From: Octopus sinensis
Lineage: Eukaryota
DNA: 64,000 bases
Direction: 5' to 3'
Assembly: GCF_006345805.1 (NCBI RefSeq)
Contig: NW_021836141.1
Span: 1-64,000 of the forward strand
The notes below the pieces were generated by a model. That model saw only the letters and a list, made by a program, of their open reading frames with translations. It searched no databases and had not been told where the DNA came from. A program made the position numbers and the translations under genes. Of this stretch, positions 12,831 to 25,809 are shown in pieces. How positions within the stretch are numbered: position 1 is the stretch's first letter; the number at the start of each line of letters is the position of its first letter.

Positions 12831-13097
12831 TATTTCTGTTATATTTGATAAATGTATACTCTTTTACTCTTTTACTTGTTTCAGTCATTTGACTGCAGCC
12901 ATGCTGGAGCACCGCCTTTAGTCGAGTAAATCGACTCCGGGACTTATTCTTTGTAAGCCCAGTACTTATTCTATCGGTCTCTTTTGCCGAACCGCCAAGT
13001 GATGGGGACGTAAACACACCAGCATCGGTTGTCAAGCAATGCTAGGGAGACAAACACAGACACACAAACACACACACACATACATATATATATATAT

Positions 13098-13468
13098 TAA
13101 GTAGTTGTCCTTAATTGCTAAATTTTTATTCCGAAAAAACTTTTCCTCTCCCGAAATGCAATTCGTAAAAGTTTACCATTTACCCGGATGTAATATATAT
13201 AAACTCACCCATGTGCTTCGTGATGTTGATCAGTTAGCTGATCGGCTTAAGCGAGGCAGGGTCGTTGTTTATTTATAATACATTCAGGCCTGCTGATGAT
13301 TACGTAAGTATGAAATCACTGTGATACAGGTCTATATTTTTAAATGACTTACTTTGAAAAATTGCATTCGGTGGGATTAGTAATATTTTTGGTAGAAATG
13401 ACTGATTGTCCCTCTTAGCGTTTGGCATGTATATACAATGCCTCCTGGCATGTATGTATAATGCCCTC
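13098..13468 (+). mobile_element. Penelope/retrozyme-like insert carrying a hammerhead motif
   Basis: AT-rich insert bounded by TA repeats; hammerhead motif at 13287-13332. Confidence 0.55.
13287..13332 (+). ncRNA. Type I hammerhead ribozyme motif
   Basis: ggcctg-CTGATGA-t-tac-gtaa-gta-t-GAAA-tcac-t-gtga-TA-caggtc; stem I 6 bp, palindromic stem III, AUA triplet, predicted cleavage after 13326. Confidence 0.7.
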
Positions 13469-13514
<46 letters not shown>

Positions 13515-13635
13515 TACAACAGGCTTCTTTCAGTTTCCGTCTACCAAATCCACTCACAAGGCATTGGTCGGCCTGGGGCTATAGCAGAAGACACTTGCCC
13601 AAGATGCCACGCAGTGGGACTGAACCCGGAACCAT

Positions 13636-13790
13636 ATATCATCATCATCATCATCATCATCATCGTTTAACGTCCGCTTTCCATGCTAGCATGGGTTGGA
13701 CGGTTCAACTGGGGTCTGGCAAGCCCGAAGGCTGCACCAGGCCAGTCAGATCTGGCAGTGTTTCTACAGCTGGATGCCCTTCCTAACGCC
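13636..13790 (-). mobile_element. RTE 3' tail fragment
   Basis: (cat)n-cgtttaacgtccgctttccatgctagcatgggttgg...ggatgcccttcctaacgcc. Confidence 0.88.
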
Positions 13791-14380
13791 ATATATATAT
13801 ATATATATATATATGTACCATCAGACACTTGTTCGTGAACAATTTCTTAAAAATTATTATACTGGTGAAGACAATTTTAATATGCAGATGTTCTTTTTAA
13901 CAGAAAGTTATTTAATATAAAAATATTGGTGAGCAGGCTATAGCTGCCTATTTTAATAACATATGATGACAATTGATGAGAATATTTTTAATAATAGTTA
14001 GACTTAATTGAAATTCAATTGCCTAAGTGTATTAACTGAAGACAGCAGAATTAAATATGTTTAGGAAATACGTTACTCTGCAGTGTTGTTTATAGATATT
14101 TTTTAGTATTCAACCAATTTTTTATGGATAGAATTTTAAAGGTTTGCTTATCTCAGTGTTAGGTAATCTTGTCCTTGTTTCAGTCATTTAACTGCAGCCA
14201 TGCTGGGACACCTCTTTGAAGGGCTTAAGTTGAACAAATTGAGCCCAAGGCTTATATTTTGAAGCCTTGTACTTAATTCTATTGGTCTCTTTTGCTGAAC
14301 CGCTAAGTTATGGGGACATAAACACACCAACACTAGTTGTCAAGCTGCGGTGGAGGACAAACACAGACAGAGACACATTC

Positions 14381-14465
<85 letters not shown>

Positions 14466-14468
14466 ATA

Positions 14469-14866
14469 CTAGCAGTATCGCCCGGCGTTGCTTGGGTTTG
14501 TAAGGGAAATAACTATATAAGCATTTTTAGAGAGTTATAGCCAAAAAATAGCAAAAAGAATGCATTAAAAATGGAAAAAAAATGATGGTAACTTTTTTTT
14601 TAAATCGTTGACTCATCGTAGACATTTTTAGAGAGTTACTTCCCTTATATAATTGCGAAAAAATGCATTAAAATGGAAAAAAATTATGGTAAATTATTTT
14701 TAAAATCATAGACTCATCATAGACGCACGCTAATACCCAGAAGGGCTCGATATGAATCACGACTATAAGATACCCGCTTTTGGTTAAACTGCACCGCAAA
14801 ATGTGGAAGTAGTTTGGAATCTAAATCGTAGGAGACAGACACACAACTTCACTTTTATATATATAC
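14469..14866 (-). mobile_element. Non-autonomous Helitron-like element
   Basis: Minus 3' end cccaagcaacgccgggcgatactgCTAG|T; 5' end tatatatataaaagtgaagttgtgtgtctgtctcc; internal ~70-bp duplication; inserted in (TA)n. Confidence 0.7.
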
Positions 14867-14899
14867 AGGAGTGCTAAGAGCACCATCCATATGTAATCG

Positions 14900-15285
14900 T
14901 TGCCAAAGTAGCAAACTGGTTTCAGTGCCGGTGGCACGTAAAAAACGTGATCATTACAAGCATCGCCTTACTGGCACGTGAAAATGCACTCATGTGAGAT
15001 TGTTGCCAATGCTGCTGGACTGGCTCCTGTGCAGGTGGTACATAAAAAACACCATTTGAGCATGGCCATTGTCAGTACAACCTGACTGGCCCTCATGCTG
15101 GTGGCACATAAAAGCACCCACTACACTCTCGGAGTGGTTAGCATTAGGAAGGGCATCCAGCTGTAGAAACTCTGCCAGATCAGATTGGAGCCTGGTGCAG
15201 CCATCTGGCTTGCCAGTCCTCAGTCAAATCATCCAACCCATGCTAGCATGGAGAGCGGACATTAAATGATGATGATGATGATATA
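14900..15285 (+). mobile_element. RTE 3' UTR/tail fragment with degenerate ~60-bp subrepeats
   Basis: Repeated gtggcacgtaaaa..cacc motif; conserved tail ending in gatgatgat then (AT)n. Confidence 0.85.
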
Positions 15286-15380
15286 TATATATATATATAT
15301 CTTATTATTATTATTATTATTTCTAAATCTCTCTAATGGAGACTACAGCAGCAGTACTGGGTATTAATATTCATTGCCAA

Positions 15381-15595
15381 GAAGTGGCATGCTGGCAGAA
15401 ATGTTAGGCTGCCTGGCGAAATGCTTAGTGGTATTTCGTCTGTCTTTACATTCTGAGTTCAAATTCTGCCAAGGGCGACTTCACCTTTCATCCTTTTGGG
15501 ATCAATAAATTAAGTAGAAGTTGTGTACTGGGGTCAATCTAATTGACTGGCCTATACCCAAAAATTTCAGGCCTTGCACCTAGAGCAGAAAAGAA
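15381..15595 (+). mobile_element. SINE family B (degenerate)
   Basis: gctggcagaaatgttag...ctgagttcaaattctgcc...cctttcatccttttgggatcaataaattaagta. Confidence 0.8.
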
Positions 15596-16410
15596 AAGAA
15601 TATTTATCACCAAGCTAACATGGTAGTCCAGAGAAATAAGACAAATACTGCCATTAATTAGCTCTGAGAGGCCATCGCCTCCAGCTAGCTATGTGACTCT
15701 CAAATCTGTGTCCATTACAACCTTCTAACAGGGGAGATCATTAGCTTCTCCTTGCTGGTTCAACATCCACAGACCGGTTGATGGGCTTCTTTCAGTTTCT
15801 GTCTACCAAATCCATTTACAAGGATTTGATTGGCCTGAGGCTATAATAGAAGGCTGAACCAGGAACCATGAGGTTGAGAAACAAGCTTCTCACTACATAA
15901 TAATGCCTGCAGCTTAGAGAAATTTGTATATTTGTATCTTGTGTATTCTATGATTATTAGATGAACACTCAATGCAGTATTCATTTTACTACAGACAATA
16001 AATAAAAACCAGTTAAACACAGATTTTAAATTCAGTTATGTATAATATCAATTAATCAATGAAACCGTGAAAGAAGCTGGGGAGCCTCTACCTTGTCATT
16101 TGACCTTCTAAAAGTAACTGTCAAGTTCCCTTCAAACCTCCACCATAACATCTTAAAGAGAAAAGACAAATTGAAAAAAATATTCCGGGTATATTATTTA
16201 AAAATATGAAGGAATGGTCATGTCAGGAACTCTTTAATCATAGGTGTGAAACAACAACAATATCAGTTATAGTAGTTTTTAAATGAAAAAGTTTTTGACT
16301 TGTGTATGAGGCTATAATTACGTCTCTAACTTGACAAAGTAACAAATAAAATTGAATGAATTGTTTGCATAGCTGAAGGCAATTGTATTTAAATTATATA
16401 ACAAAATATA

Positions 16411-16815
16411 GGCGCAGGAGTGGCTGTGTGGTAAGTAGCTTGCTAACCAACCACATGGTTCCGGGTTCAGTCCCACTGCTTGGCATCTTGGGCAAGTGTC
16501 TTCTGCTATAGCCCCGGGCCGACCAATGCCTTGTGAGTGGATTTGGTAGACGGAAACTGAAAGAAGCCTGCCGTATATATGTATATATATATATGTGTAT
16601 GTGTGTGTGTGTGTGTTTGCCCCCCTAGCATTGCTTGACAACCGATGCTGGTGTGTTTACGTCCCCGTCACTCAGCGGTTCGGCAAAAGAGACCGATAGA
16701 ATAAGTACTGGGCTTACAAAAGAATAAGTCCCGGGATCAAGTTGCTCGATTAAAGGCGGTGCTCCAGCATGGCCGCAGTCAAATGACTGAAACAAGTAAA
16801 AGAGTAAAAGAGTAA
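16411..16815 (+). mobile_element. SINE family A, full length
   Basis: ggcgcaggagtggctgtgtgg ... acaagtaaaagagtaaaagagt. Confidence 0.92.
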
Positions 16816-16894
16816 ATAAGTAAGAAACTGAGTTCACATGAGTGTAAAGTGATTTCACAAGAATGTAAAGGGACATAACTTGATATTAGTTACA

Positions 16895-17110
16895 AATTTT
16901 GGTACAAAGCCAGTAAGTTCAGAGGAGGCAAGGAGGTAAATCGATCAACTACATTGATCCCAGTTATACAACTTGTACTTGCTTTGTTGACCTCGAAAGG
17001 GCAAAAGGCAAAGTGGACCTCAGCAGAGTTTGAAATCAGAGCATATAGATGGATGAAATGCTAATAATCATTTTGCCCAGCATGCTAATGGTTCTGCCAG
17101 CTCACTGCCA
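16895..17110 (-). mobile_element. SINE family B (old)
   Basis: Similar to 8008-8231; a second old copy lies at 17722-17915. Confidence 0.7.
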
Positions 17111-17274
17111 TGACATAACTTAATTATTCATCATCATCATCATCATTATCATCACCACCAGCATCATAATCATCATCATCATCATCAATTAAAATCCGTT
17201 TTCCGTGCTGGCACGGGTTGGATGATTTGAGAGGAGCTGGCAAGGCCAGGGGCTACACCAGGTTCCATAGTCTC

Positions 17275-17521
17275 TTTTACTCTTTTTACTCTCTTTTACT
17301 TGTTTCAGTCATTTGACTGCAGCCATGCTGGAGCACCACCTTTAATCGAGCAAATCGACCGCAGGACTTATTCTTCAGAAGCCTAGTACTTATTCTATCG
17401 GTCTCTTTTGCTGAACTGCTAAGTTACAGGGACCTAAACACACCAGCATCAGTTGTCATGCAATGTTGGTGGGACAAACACAGACACACTAGCATATACA
17501 CACACATACATATATATATAT

Positions 17522-17564
<43 letters not shown>

Positions 17565-17712
17565 ACATACATATGTACATATAATTACGACAGGCTTCTT
17601 TCAGTTTCTATCTACCAAATCCACTCACAAGGCTTTGGTCAGGCTGAGGCTGAAGTAGAAGACACTTGTCCAAGGTGCCACATAGTGGGACTGAACCCAG
17701 AACCATGTGGAT
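17275..17712 (-). mobile_element. SINE family A
   Basis: Reverse complement of the family A consensus with central (TA)n. Confidence 0.88.
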
Positions 17713-18263
17713 TTTTCTCTCCAAATTTTGTTAGAAGGCTAGCAATTTTAGGAAAGAGGTAAATCAATTACATCGATCTCAGTACACAACTGGTACTTAT
17801 TTTATATCATCACTGAAAGGACAAAAAAAACAAAGTGAACCTCTGTGGAATTTGAACTCAGAACAATCGTGAACATCTTGCCTGATGTGCTAACAATTCT
17901 GCCAGTTCATTACCTTCAAATTACTTAATATTACAAGATATTTCTGCCACTCTTTTACCAGTTCTGCCATTCCTCAGCATGAGAAGTAGATATTAAAAGA
18001 TAAGGAGGAGGAAGAGGAGAGAGGAGGAAGAGGAGGGGGGAGGAAGAGGACAGGGGAGGAGGAGGAGGAGGAGGAAATGCAGGATACAAGTGATAAGGTT
18101 GCGTATGTGAGAAATTAGCAGACACGACTCTGATTTGTTGAATTCTGTCAAACAGCGATAATTCCTTTAACGCCAGTTCCATGAGCAAGTGCACTTACTA
18201 CACATCGTAAAATGGTTGATGATAGGAAAAGCATCCACAATTGGCAGTAGAAGTCAATAACTA

Positions 18264-19340
18264 GTAGCAGTAGTAGTGGTGGAGATGGTGGTGGAGATGG
18301 TGGTGGTGGTGGAGATGGTGGTGGAGATGGTGGTGGTGGTGGAGATGGTGGTGGAGATGGTGGTGGTGGTGGAGATGGTGGTGGAGATGGTGGTGGTGGT
18401 GGAGATGGTGGTGGAGATGGTGGTGGTGGTGGAGATGGTGGAGTGGTGGTTGGTGGTGGTGGAGATGGTGGTGGAGATGGTGGTGGTGGTGGAGATGGTG
18501 GTGGAGATGGTGGTGGTGGTGGAGATGGTGGTGGAGATGGTGGTGGTGGTGGAGATGGTGGTGGTGGTGGAGATGGTGGTGGAGATGGTGGTGGTGGTGG
18601 AGATGGTGGTGGTGGTGGTGGTGGTGGTGGAGGTGGTGGTGGTGGTGGAGATGGTGGTGGTGGTGGAGATGGTGGTGGAGATGGTGGTGGTGGTGGAGAT
18701 GGTGGTGGAGATGGTGGTGGTGGTGGAGATGGTGGTGGTGGAGATGGTGGTGTGTGGTGGAGATGGTGGTGGGAGATGGATGGTGGTGGTGGTGGAGATG
18801 GTGGTGGAGATGGTGGTGGTGGTGGAGATGGTGGTGGTGGTGGTGGAGATGGGGGTGGAGATGGTGGTGGTGGTGGAGATGGTTGGTGGTGGTGGAGATG
18901 GTGGTGGAGATGGTGGTGGTGGTGGAGATGGTGGTGGGGGGGAGATGGTGGTGGAGATGGTGGTGGAGATGTGGTGGTGGTGGAGGGTGGTGGAGATGGT
19001 GGTGGTGGTGGAGATGGTGGTGGAGATGGTGGTGGTGGTGGAGATGGTGGTGGTGGTGGAGATGGTGGTGAGGGGAGTGGGGAGATGGTGGTGGTGGTGG
19101 AGATGGTGGTGGTGGTGGAGATGGTGGTGGAGATGGTGGTGGTGGAGATGGTGGTGGTGGAGATGGTGGTGGAGATGGTGGTGGTGGTGGGTGGTGGTGG
19201 TGGTGGAGATGGTGGTGGAGATGGTGGTGGAGATGGTGGTGGTGGTGGAGATGGTGGTGGAGATGGTGGTTGGTGTGGAGATGGTGGTGGAGATGGTGGT
19301 GGTGGTGGAGATGGTGGTGGAGATGGTGGTGGTGGTGCAG
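18264..19340. repeat. ~1.1-kb (GGT)n-GGAGAT minisatellite (12/18/30-bp units)
   Basis: Direct reading; explains the long low-complexity ORFs of up to 442 aa. Confidence 0.95.
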
Positions 19341-19927
19341 ATGGTTGCAGCAGTGGCAGCAGCAACAATGGCCATTCAAGAATTTGGACCTGGAGATCTC
19401 CATTTCCAGTGACTTCGAGGGCCACCTTCCAGTGGTGTCGGGCGTCAACGAAGAGCCCTCGACTACAACAAGACAACTAAAGTTTTTTTTTTTTTTTTTT
19501 TCCCAAGGTCTGGGGTCTCCTGCTCCTTAAGCCCTAGACCATCACCTAATCACCCTTACCTGTCCTGTTGCTTAACAACAACAACAACAGCAACCGCAAC
19601 AACAACAGTGGTGATGGTGGTGATGATGGTGGTGGTGGTGGTGGTGGCGGTGGCAGTGGCTGCGGCAGTGGTGGTAATGATGATGATGAGTCTTTGGTCA
19701 ATGCTATGGTTGAAAACCATGCACTCTGAGACCAAAACCAGAATAATGCAATTATGAATCGAACTTCTGAACCTCATAGCAATACCTCTTCCCTATAACA
19801 TACACTAAATATATTATACTAAAACAAAGTGGCAAGTATTGTAACTAGCTGGCTGAAACCTTTTCATCTTCATTATTTTCATTAGGAACATCATGAATGT
19901 CTCAACATCTCATTTAATATATATAAA

Positions 19928-20105
19928 ACACTCACGGAGTGGTTGGCGGAGTGGTTGGCGTTAGGAAGGGCATCCAGCTGTAGAAACATTGCCAAATTAG
20001 ACTGGAGCCTGGTGCAGCCTTCTGGCTTCCCAGAACCCCGGTCGAACCGTCCAACCCATGCTAGCATGGAGAACGGACGTTAAACGACGATGATGATGAT
20101 GATGA
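19928..20105 (+). mobile_element. RTE 3' tail fragment
   Basis: Conserved tail with a duplicated ggagtggttggc and a (GAT)n end. Confidence 0.88.
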
Positions 20106-21785
20106 AAACCTTATATTTTAATTAAAATAATCTAATATTATCCTGGGTGGAGGTGCTTGTCTCCCTCCTTGAAAACATAAGGACACAGGAAATATGTCAA
20201 GGCCGACAGGAAGCGTTGATGCTTCCTAGGGCTAAATAGCAGTGGTGTGATTCCCTTCATGGGACTGTCACATTAAATTGACAGTATACAACTACTCTAT
20301 CGTACCACTACTGCTTATATTTCTCTGAGATATTTAGAAATGTAATATTTCTATTATATTATCCTGAATACTGAGAAACTAGTAAAGATGGAATAACATT
20401 TAATAGGATACTTCTTAATATCTAATGATTGAGGTTATCCAACTGAAATGATCCCTTATTAAGCAAACCTTAAATGAGGAGCATTCCAGATGTGACTGTC
20501 TTTTTAGAAGTATGGAAGACAAGGTCCTCCTGAGTGCCCTTTCCTTATTTTCAAGGACTGGGCCTGATTTGAAGGAGATTTTGGCTACTGTTTCTAACTG
20601 GTCAAATGTCCACATAAAGGCTTTGTGCTTTGTTTCCTTGTAATTTTAAGCTAAAATTCAGTCAGTATCGACTAACTTTCATACTTGACAAAAATTTGGT
20701 AAAATATATTCTATATTGGAATCGATTTAATTGATTTTGCTCTTTATCAACAAAACCTCACCTTGTGCCTAGTCAGAATAAATCAATATTACTTAATTCA
20801 GATATGAGAAATAGCGAAAAATTGAGTGTGATTACTGACTAGAAAGTACAGATCAACAAGTGAAATTGCTCTCCCAGCAGACCCATTTTCAAGTAGGTGG
20901 TGTGATTGAGGTCAACTATTATATATTTTCATTAGATTAACTCAGAAATGTCTGTGTGTGAAGAAGTCCAATGAAAGAGAACCAAACTCTTCAAATGCAC
21001 CCTATGTGGTCAAAATTTATGTTTTCCAATTGGTGAGGAATGAAGATTTATTGAACATCTTTACCTTCCCTTTCAAACAGAAAGAGAAGCGCTTTTATTT
21101 CTATTTAGCTTTATCTTATTTTTATAATTTTTTTTTTTTTTATATAGCATTAACAAAAAAAAAAAAAAAATATGAATTAAACATATAAATGTAAAAGAAA
21201 TAGTAACTTTAGGGCATCAATATTAATATAAGTATTTATTTATTCTTGACATCTGACAAAATTAGATTGTGAACATGGAAGCCAAAACATTATCAAATAA
21301 AGCAATAAAACAATAAACCAAATCACACAATACAAAAAAAAAACAATAAGTTCTTGCTTTTGTATGACTTATCCTTCAGAAAGGTCTGCGTGAATTTCTT
21401 CAGATGAGTCTTTCCAATCTTATTTTCTTTCCTGATCTCCTTAAATAAATAACATTTCAATTATCATTTATTTTGTCTTTTTTCCATCTTTACTTCTACT
21501 TCCAGTGGTTCCATTTATCCTTTATTTAGAGTGGTATAGATTGATCAAACTATTAGCCCTCACTTTTATCTTTCTGCCTGCACCATATTTCAAGCAGTAG
21601 ATTTTTCCAATCATCTAGTTATAGTGTCACAGCATGGCTCTTTCAGAGTCATTTCCTGGTTAAGATCAGTTCATTTATCATGGCTCAAAACCTTTACGCA
21701 TCTATGTATGTATGTATTTTTACATACACTCATATATGTATGAATACGTCTATATATATGCGTGTGTGTGTGCTATATAGATATG

Positions 21786-21821
<36 letters not shown>

Positions 21822-22357
21822 TATACATTCATATACATGTGTATGTATCTATTTATAAAGAGAAAATGAGAGATAAAGACTGATAGTAAAAATAAATGCA
21901 CAGAAATAATCAAAGTCATGCCCTTGTCTTAAACTTCAAATGTCCTATTTTGTGTTTGAATCAGACTGAAAAATTCTGAATTCCTCAAGAAGCACCAAAA
22001 TTACTTTCTGGAGATACTAAGCAAAAAGCCAGTCAGTAAACACAGCACAGACTTGACATAGCATTACAATGACACAATGACTTTGTCCTGCATATGCACA
22101 ATACAATAAATTTTCAGAATATCAATGTCATGAAAACGTGCCAGTGTCACATAAACGTGCCAGGTGCCATATAGAAAGCGACCATACCAGTGTCATGTAT
22201 AAAGCGCCTGTGCTGGTGGCATGTATAAAAGTACCTTTGCCGGTGCCAGGTAAAAAGTACCCAGTAGAGTGCTCGACATTAGGAAAGGCATCAGGCCTGG
22301 TGCAGCTCTCCAGTCAGCCAGCTCCTGTCAAAGCATAATAATAGACATTAAATTATG

Positions 22358-22396
<39 letters not shown>

Positions 22397-22417
22397 TATT
22401 ATTATTATTACTATTAC

Positions 22418-22480
<63 letters not shown>

Positions 22481-22509
22481 CATGATGATGATGATGATGA
22501 TGGGGGGGG

Positions 22510-22715
22510 CATGATCCTCCAAATATCAAATGAAAATTGTAGTCATGATTCCTGTGCTGGTGGCACATAAAAAGCACCCACTACACTCACGGAGTGGTTG
22601 GTATTAGAAAGGGCATCCAGCTGTAGAAACACTGTCAGATCAGACTGGAGCCTGGCACAGCCTCCTGGCTTCCCAGACCACGGAAAACGGATGTTAAATG
22701 ATGATGATGATGTCT
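22510..22715 (+). mobile_element. RTE 3' tail fragment
   Basis: gtggcacataaaaagcacccactacac...ggatgttaaatgatgatgat. Confidence 0.82.
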
Positions 22716-23131
22716 ACTAATAGATATTTTATCTATCGAAAGATGAATAGTTAAGATTATAACTATGATATTTCAACAAGTGACAAAATGGACAGAATTT
22801 AAGTAGCATTTTGTTATGGTTCTTGAGAAAGAGACAATGTTAAGGATCTTCACATGCACTCCAAGGCTACTGATGCCTATATAATCAGGCCAGGTTCGTG
22901 CAATATCTGATGAAGAAAACAGACATGAGTGAACTGAGAGGGTTTGAAGTACATGACATGAAACCATCCTAGCACAAAGAACAGAGGTTTACAATAATAA
23001 CTGTAGAAAAGATGAGTCTAGGACATTTACTCCCACCCCAATGGACAATAACTCCCCAAGGAAAATTACCCCTGAGGACAACAGATCTTGAGATAAAAAA
23101 CTTTTCAATGTGTTGGAGAGGGGGTAATTGT

Positions 23132-23583
23132 AGGAGTGGGTGTGGGAAGTAGCTTGCTTACGAACTACATGGTTCCGGGTTCAGTCCCACTGTGTGGCAC
23201 CTTGGGCAAGTATCTTCTACTATAGCCTTGGGCCAACCAAATCCTTGTGAGTGGATTTGGTAGACAGAAACTGAAAGAAACCCATCGTATGTATATACAT
23301 ATATGTGTGTGTGTGTGTGTGTGTGGATGTGTGTGTGTGTGTGTGGATGTGTGTGTGTGTGTGTGGATGTGTGTGTGGATGTGTGTGTGTATATGTAACA
23401 TCGCTTGACAACCGATGCTGGTGTGTTCACGTCCCCGTAACTTAGCGGTTCAGCAAAAGAAACCGATAGAATAACTACTAGGCTTACAAAGAATAAGTCC
23501 TGGGGTCGATGTGCTCGACTAAAAGAGGTGCTCCAGCATGACCACAGTCAAATGACTGAAACAAGTAAAACAGTAAAAGAGTA
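23132..23583 (+). mobile_element. SINE family A, full length
   Basis: Head, central (TG)n with GGAT interruptions, 3' half and aaagagt tail. Confidence 0.9.
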
Positions 23584-24052
23584 ATTAAGCAGGGTAATTG
23601 TCCTGGGGCTAGTTGTCATTGGGGTGGGGAATTGTCCCATGGTGGGTAATTTCCTAGCGACTAATTGTCCTGATATGGAAAAGACAGAGTGAAGAGACAA
23701 CGAGAAACCATATCTAATGAAGTAAGAGTATATCTGGTGAGCAACTTCATGTCAGTCAGTCAGGTATCTCCATGTCAATCAACCATTTAGCCAAGGACGT
23801 TTGTACTTATAGCAGCAACACCACTTTATGACTTTTATATGCAAAATGTTTCTGCTACTCCAAGATGTAAGTGAGAACAAGCATTCATTTGCATCTTAAA
23901 GATGTGGCATGTCAATAAGTAAAATTTTTCTTTAAAGGGCTTCCATTCAATTCAGTAATGGGTAATAACACTATGGAACATTTCAAGTACATAATTGAGA
24001 AGTACTTTACCAAATTCCCCTTGTTAGTTTACATATGTTAATAATGTCTCAC

Positions 24053-24094
24053 TTTCCTGACTGCACAATGACCATATAAACTCCGTAAATAGTA
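24053..24094 (-). other. Candidate 42-nt host exon (unverified)
   Basis: Acceptor tgttttcttttcttattcag| and donor aaa|gtgaga; open in all three phases (YYLRSLYGHCAVRK / TIYGVYMVIVQSG / LFTEFIWSLCSQE); no recognisable homology. Confidence 0.25.
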
Positions 24095-25578
24095 CTGAAT
24101 AAGAAAAGAAAACAATAACCAGCCATTATTTCTTGTTATGCTAATGCAACCCTCAGAAATGTTTAACAAAAGCTTACTTCTATTTAACCCTCGGAAGTGT
24201 TTAACAAAAGCTAACATCCATTTAACTTTATCCACATTACATGCATCAGCCGCTCTACAGTGTTAAGATTGATATAATCAGTTGTTTACAACACAGAAGA
24301 AAAGTCATTGGTAACAAACTATAAATATACTAGCTAAATAATATATTCTTGAGAAACAAATATCAGCCATGTTTCATGGAAGTTGGAACCTCTTAGACAC
24401 AGGAAGTACAAACAAAATTGAAATTTACTGCAACATTTTCTTTAGTAAAGTTGTCTTGCTGAGATGATACAAAGCGTTTCTGTGTCAATATAACACTAAA
24501 TAAACTGAAGTTGTTCAGCAAATCTTGCACAGACTTCAATCCAATATAGTTGCCCCTACTGAAATGAGTTTAAATAGTATTATATTTATATTGGAGCTTA
24601 GCTCGTGAATTAGCTAGTATAAAAAAGAAAAGTGTTTTGTGAGTTCTTTTCTATTCTAATGTGTTCCACACACAGACACACACACACTCGTCAGACAATG
24701 AGCGAAGTCAAGTTACTCAGGAATACAAGGATTGAAAAGTATTGTAAAAAAAAACTACAGAAAGATTACTCTATGGATTTATATGTTGCTGTAGTAATAC
24801 GCAAATATATATACACATTAAGATACATTTATTGTATTATATCACATTCGAATATCTAACACGATTTATAACAGAACACCTGTGTTATAACAAGAATCCT
24901 TTTCTTTTTTTCTGTCTTTTGTTCTTTTTGCTTGTTTGTTTGTTCCCGATTAAAAAAAAAACAAAAAGAAATAATATTTTTATATATATTTATTAAGTTC
25001 TTTGACTTTGGAATAAACAGTTTTTTTTCTGTTAATGTTCTTACTCACCTCATCAAAAGTACAAACAAAATAAACTACAATACATGTTAGTTATTTTCTA
25101 CATTTTCTTTTACTATTATTATTATTATTATTATGATTATTATTATCATTATGAGATGCAGCACAGAATTTTGTCAGTGAACAGGTCGCGGTCTCAAAGC
25201 AACGAAAATATTTTGGCAAATTAAATTTAAATGTTGAAGTGAATCTAATGGTTTTTGTGTGTTTCTTAAATGGCTTATAAACACCTTCCATGCTGCAATT
25301 GTTTTCGTTCCAGCACACGATCTCAGATCAGGTCACTTACTATGCAAGTACATCTCCATAATATTATTATTATTATTATTTATTCTACTTATTGTATATT
25401 AGAAAAGAAATCCTTAAAAGTCATCATCCTTTAACCCATAAATCCATCAACATTGAATGATTTGTTACAATAATTGATGTGTCCCCTGAGGATCAAATGT
25501 GGTTGAGCATCTATATGCTTTTGGAACTTCTATCACAGAGCTCCAAACAGCCATAATGGTGAGCTGCAAGAACCTTAA

Positions 25579-25798
25579 CCCTTTAGCATTTAAACCGACC
25601 ATATCCGGCCCAAATATTCTACTTGTTTTATGTTCAGAATGGCTAGATTTGGCTTCTCACACCCACCCTACAATGTCATTCTAAAAATAAACAATCACAT
25701 CATCATAATCTCAAAGCTACAAGACAATGCCTGATAAATTCAAAACAATGTGAATGAATACGTATTACATTTGACAGAGTAATCTGAATGCTAAAGGT
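25579..25798. mobile_element. piggyBac-type MITE
   Basis: TTAA|ccctttagcatt ... aatgctaaaggt|TTAA: 12-bp TIRs with 1 mismatch and a TTAA target duplication. Confidence 0.75.
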
Positions 25799-25809
25799 TT
25801 AATATAAAC

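Larger units (their letters stand above)
12860..13633 (-). mobile_element. SINE family A split at its central microsatellite by a ~370-bp insert
   Basis: 3' half at 12860-13095, 5' half at 13510-13633, unrelated insert at 13098-13468. Confidence 0.85.

Noticed and set aside
18148-19530. Long ORFs (up to 442 aa) resembling extensin, His-rich or Gly-rich proteins
   Set aside because: They arise from a stop-free trinucleotide-based repeat and are open in several frames on both strands.
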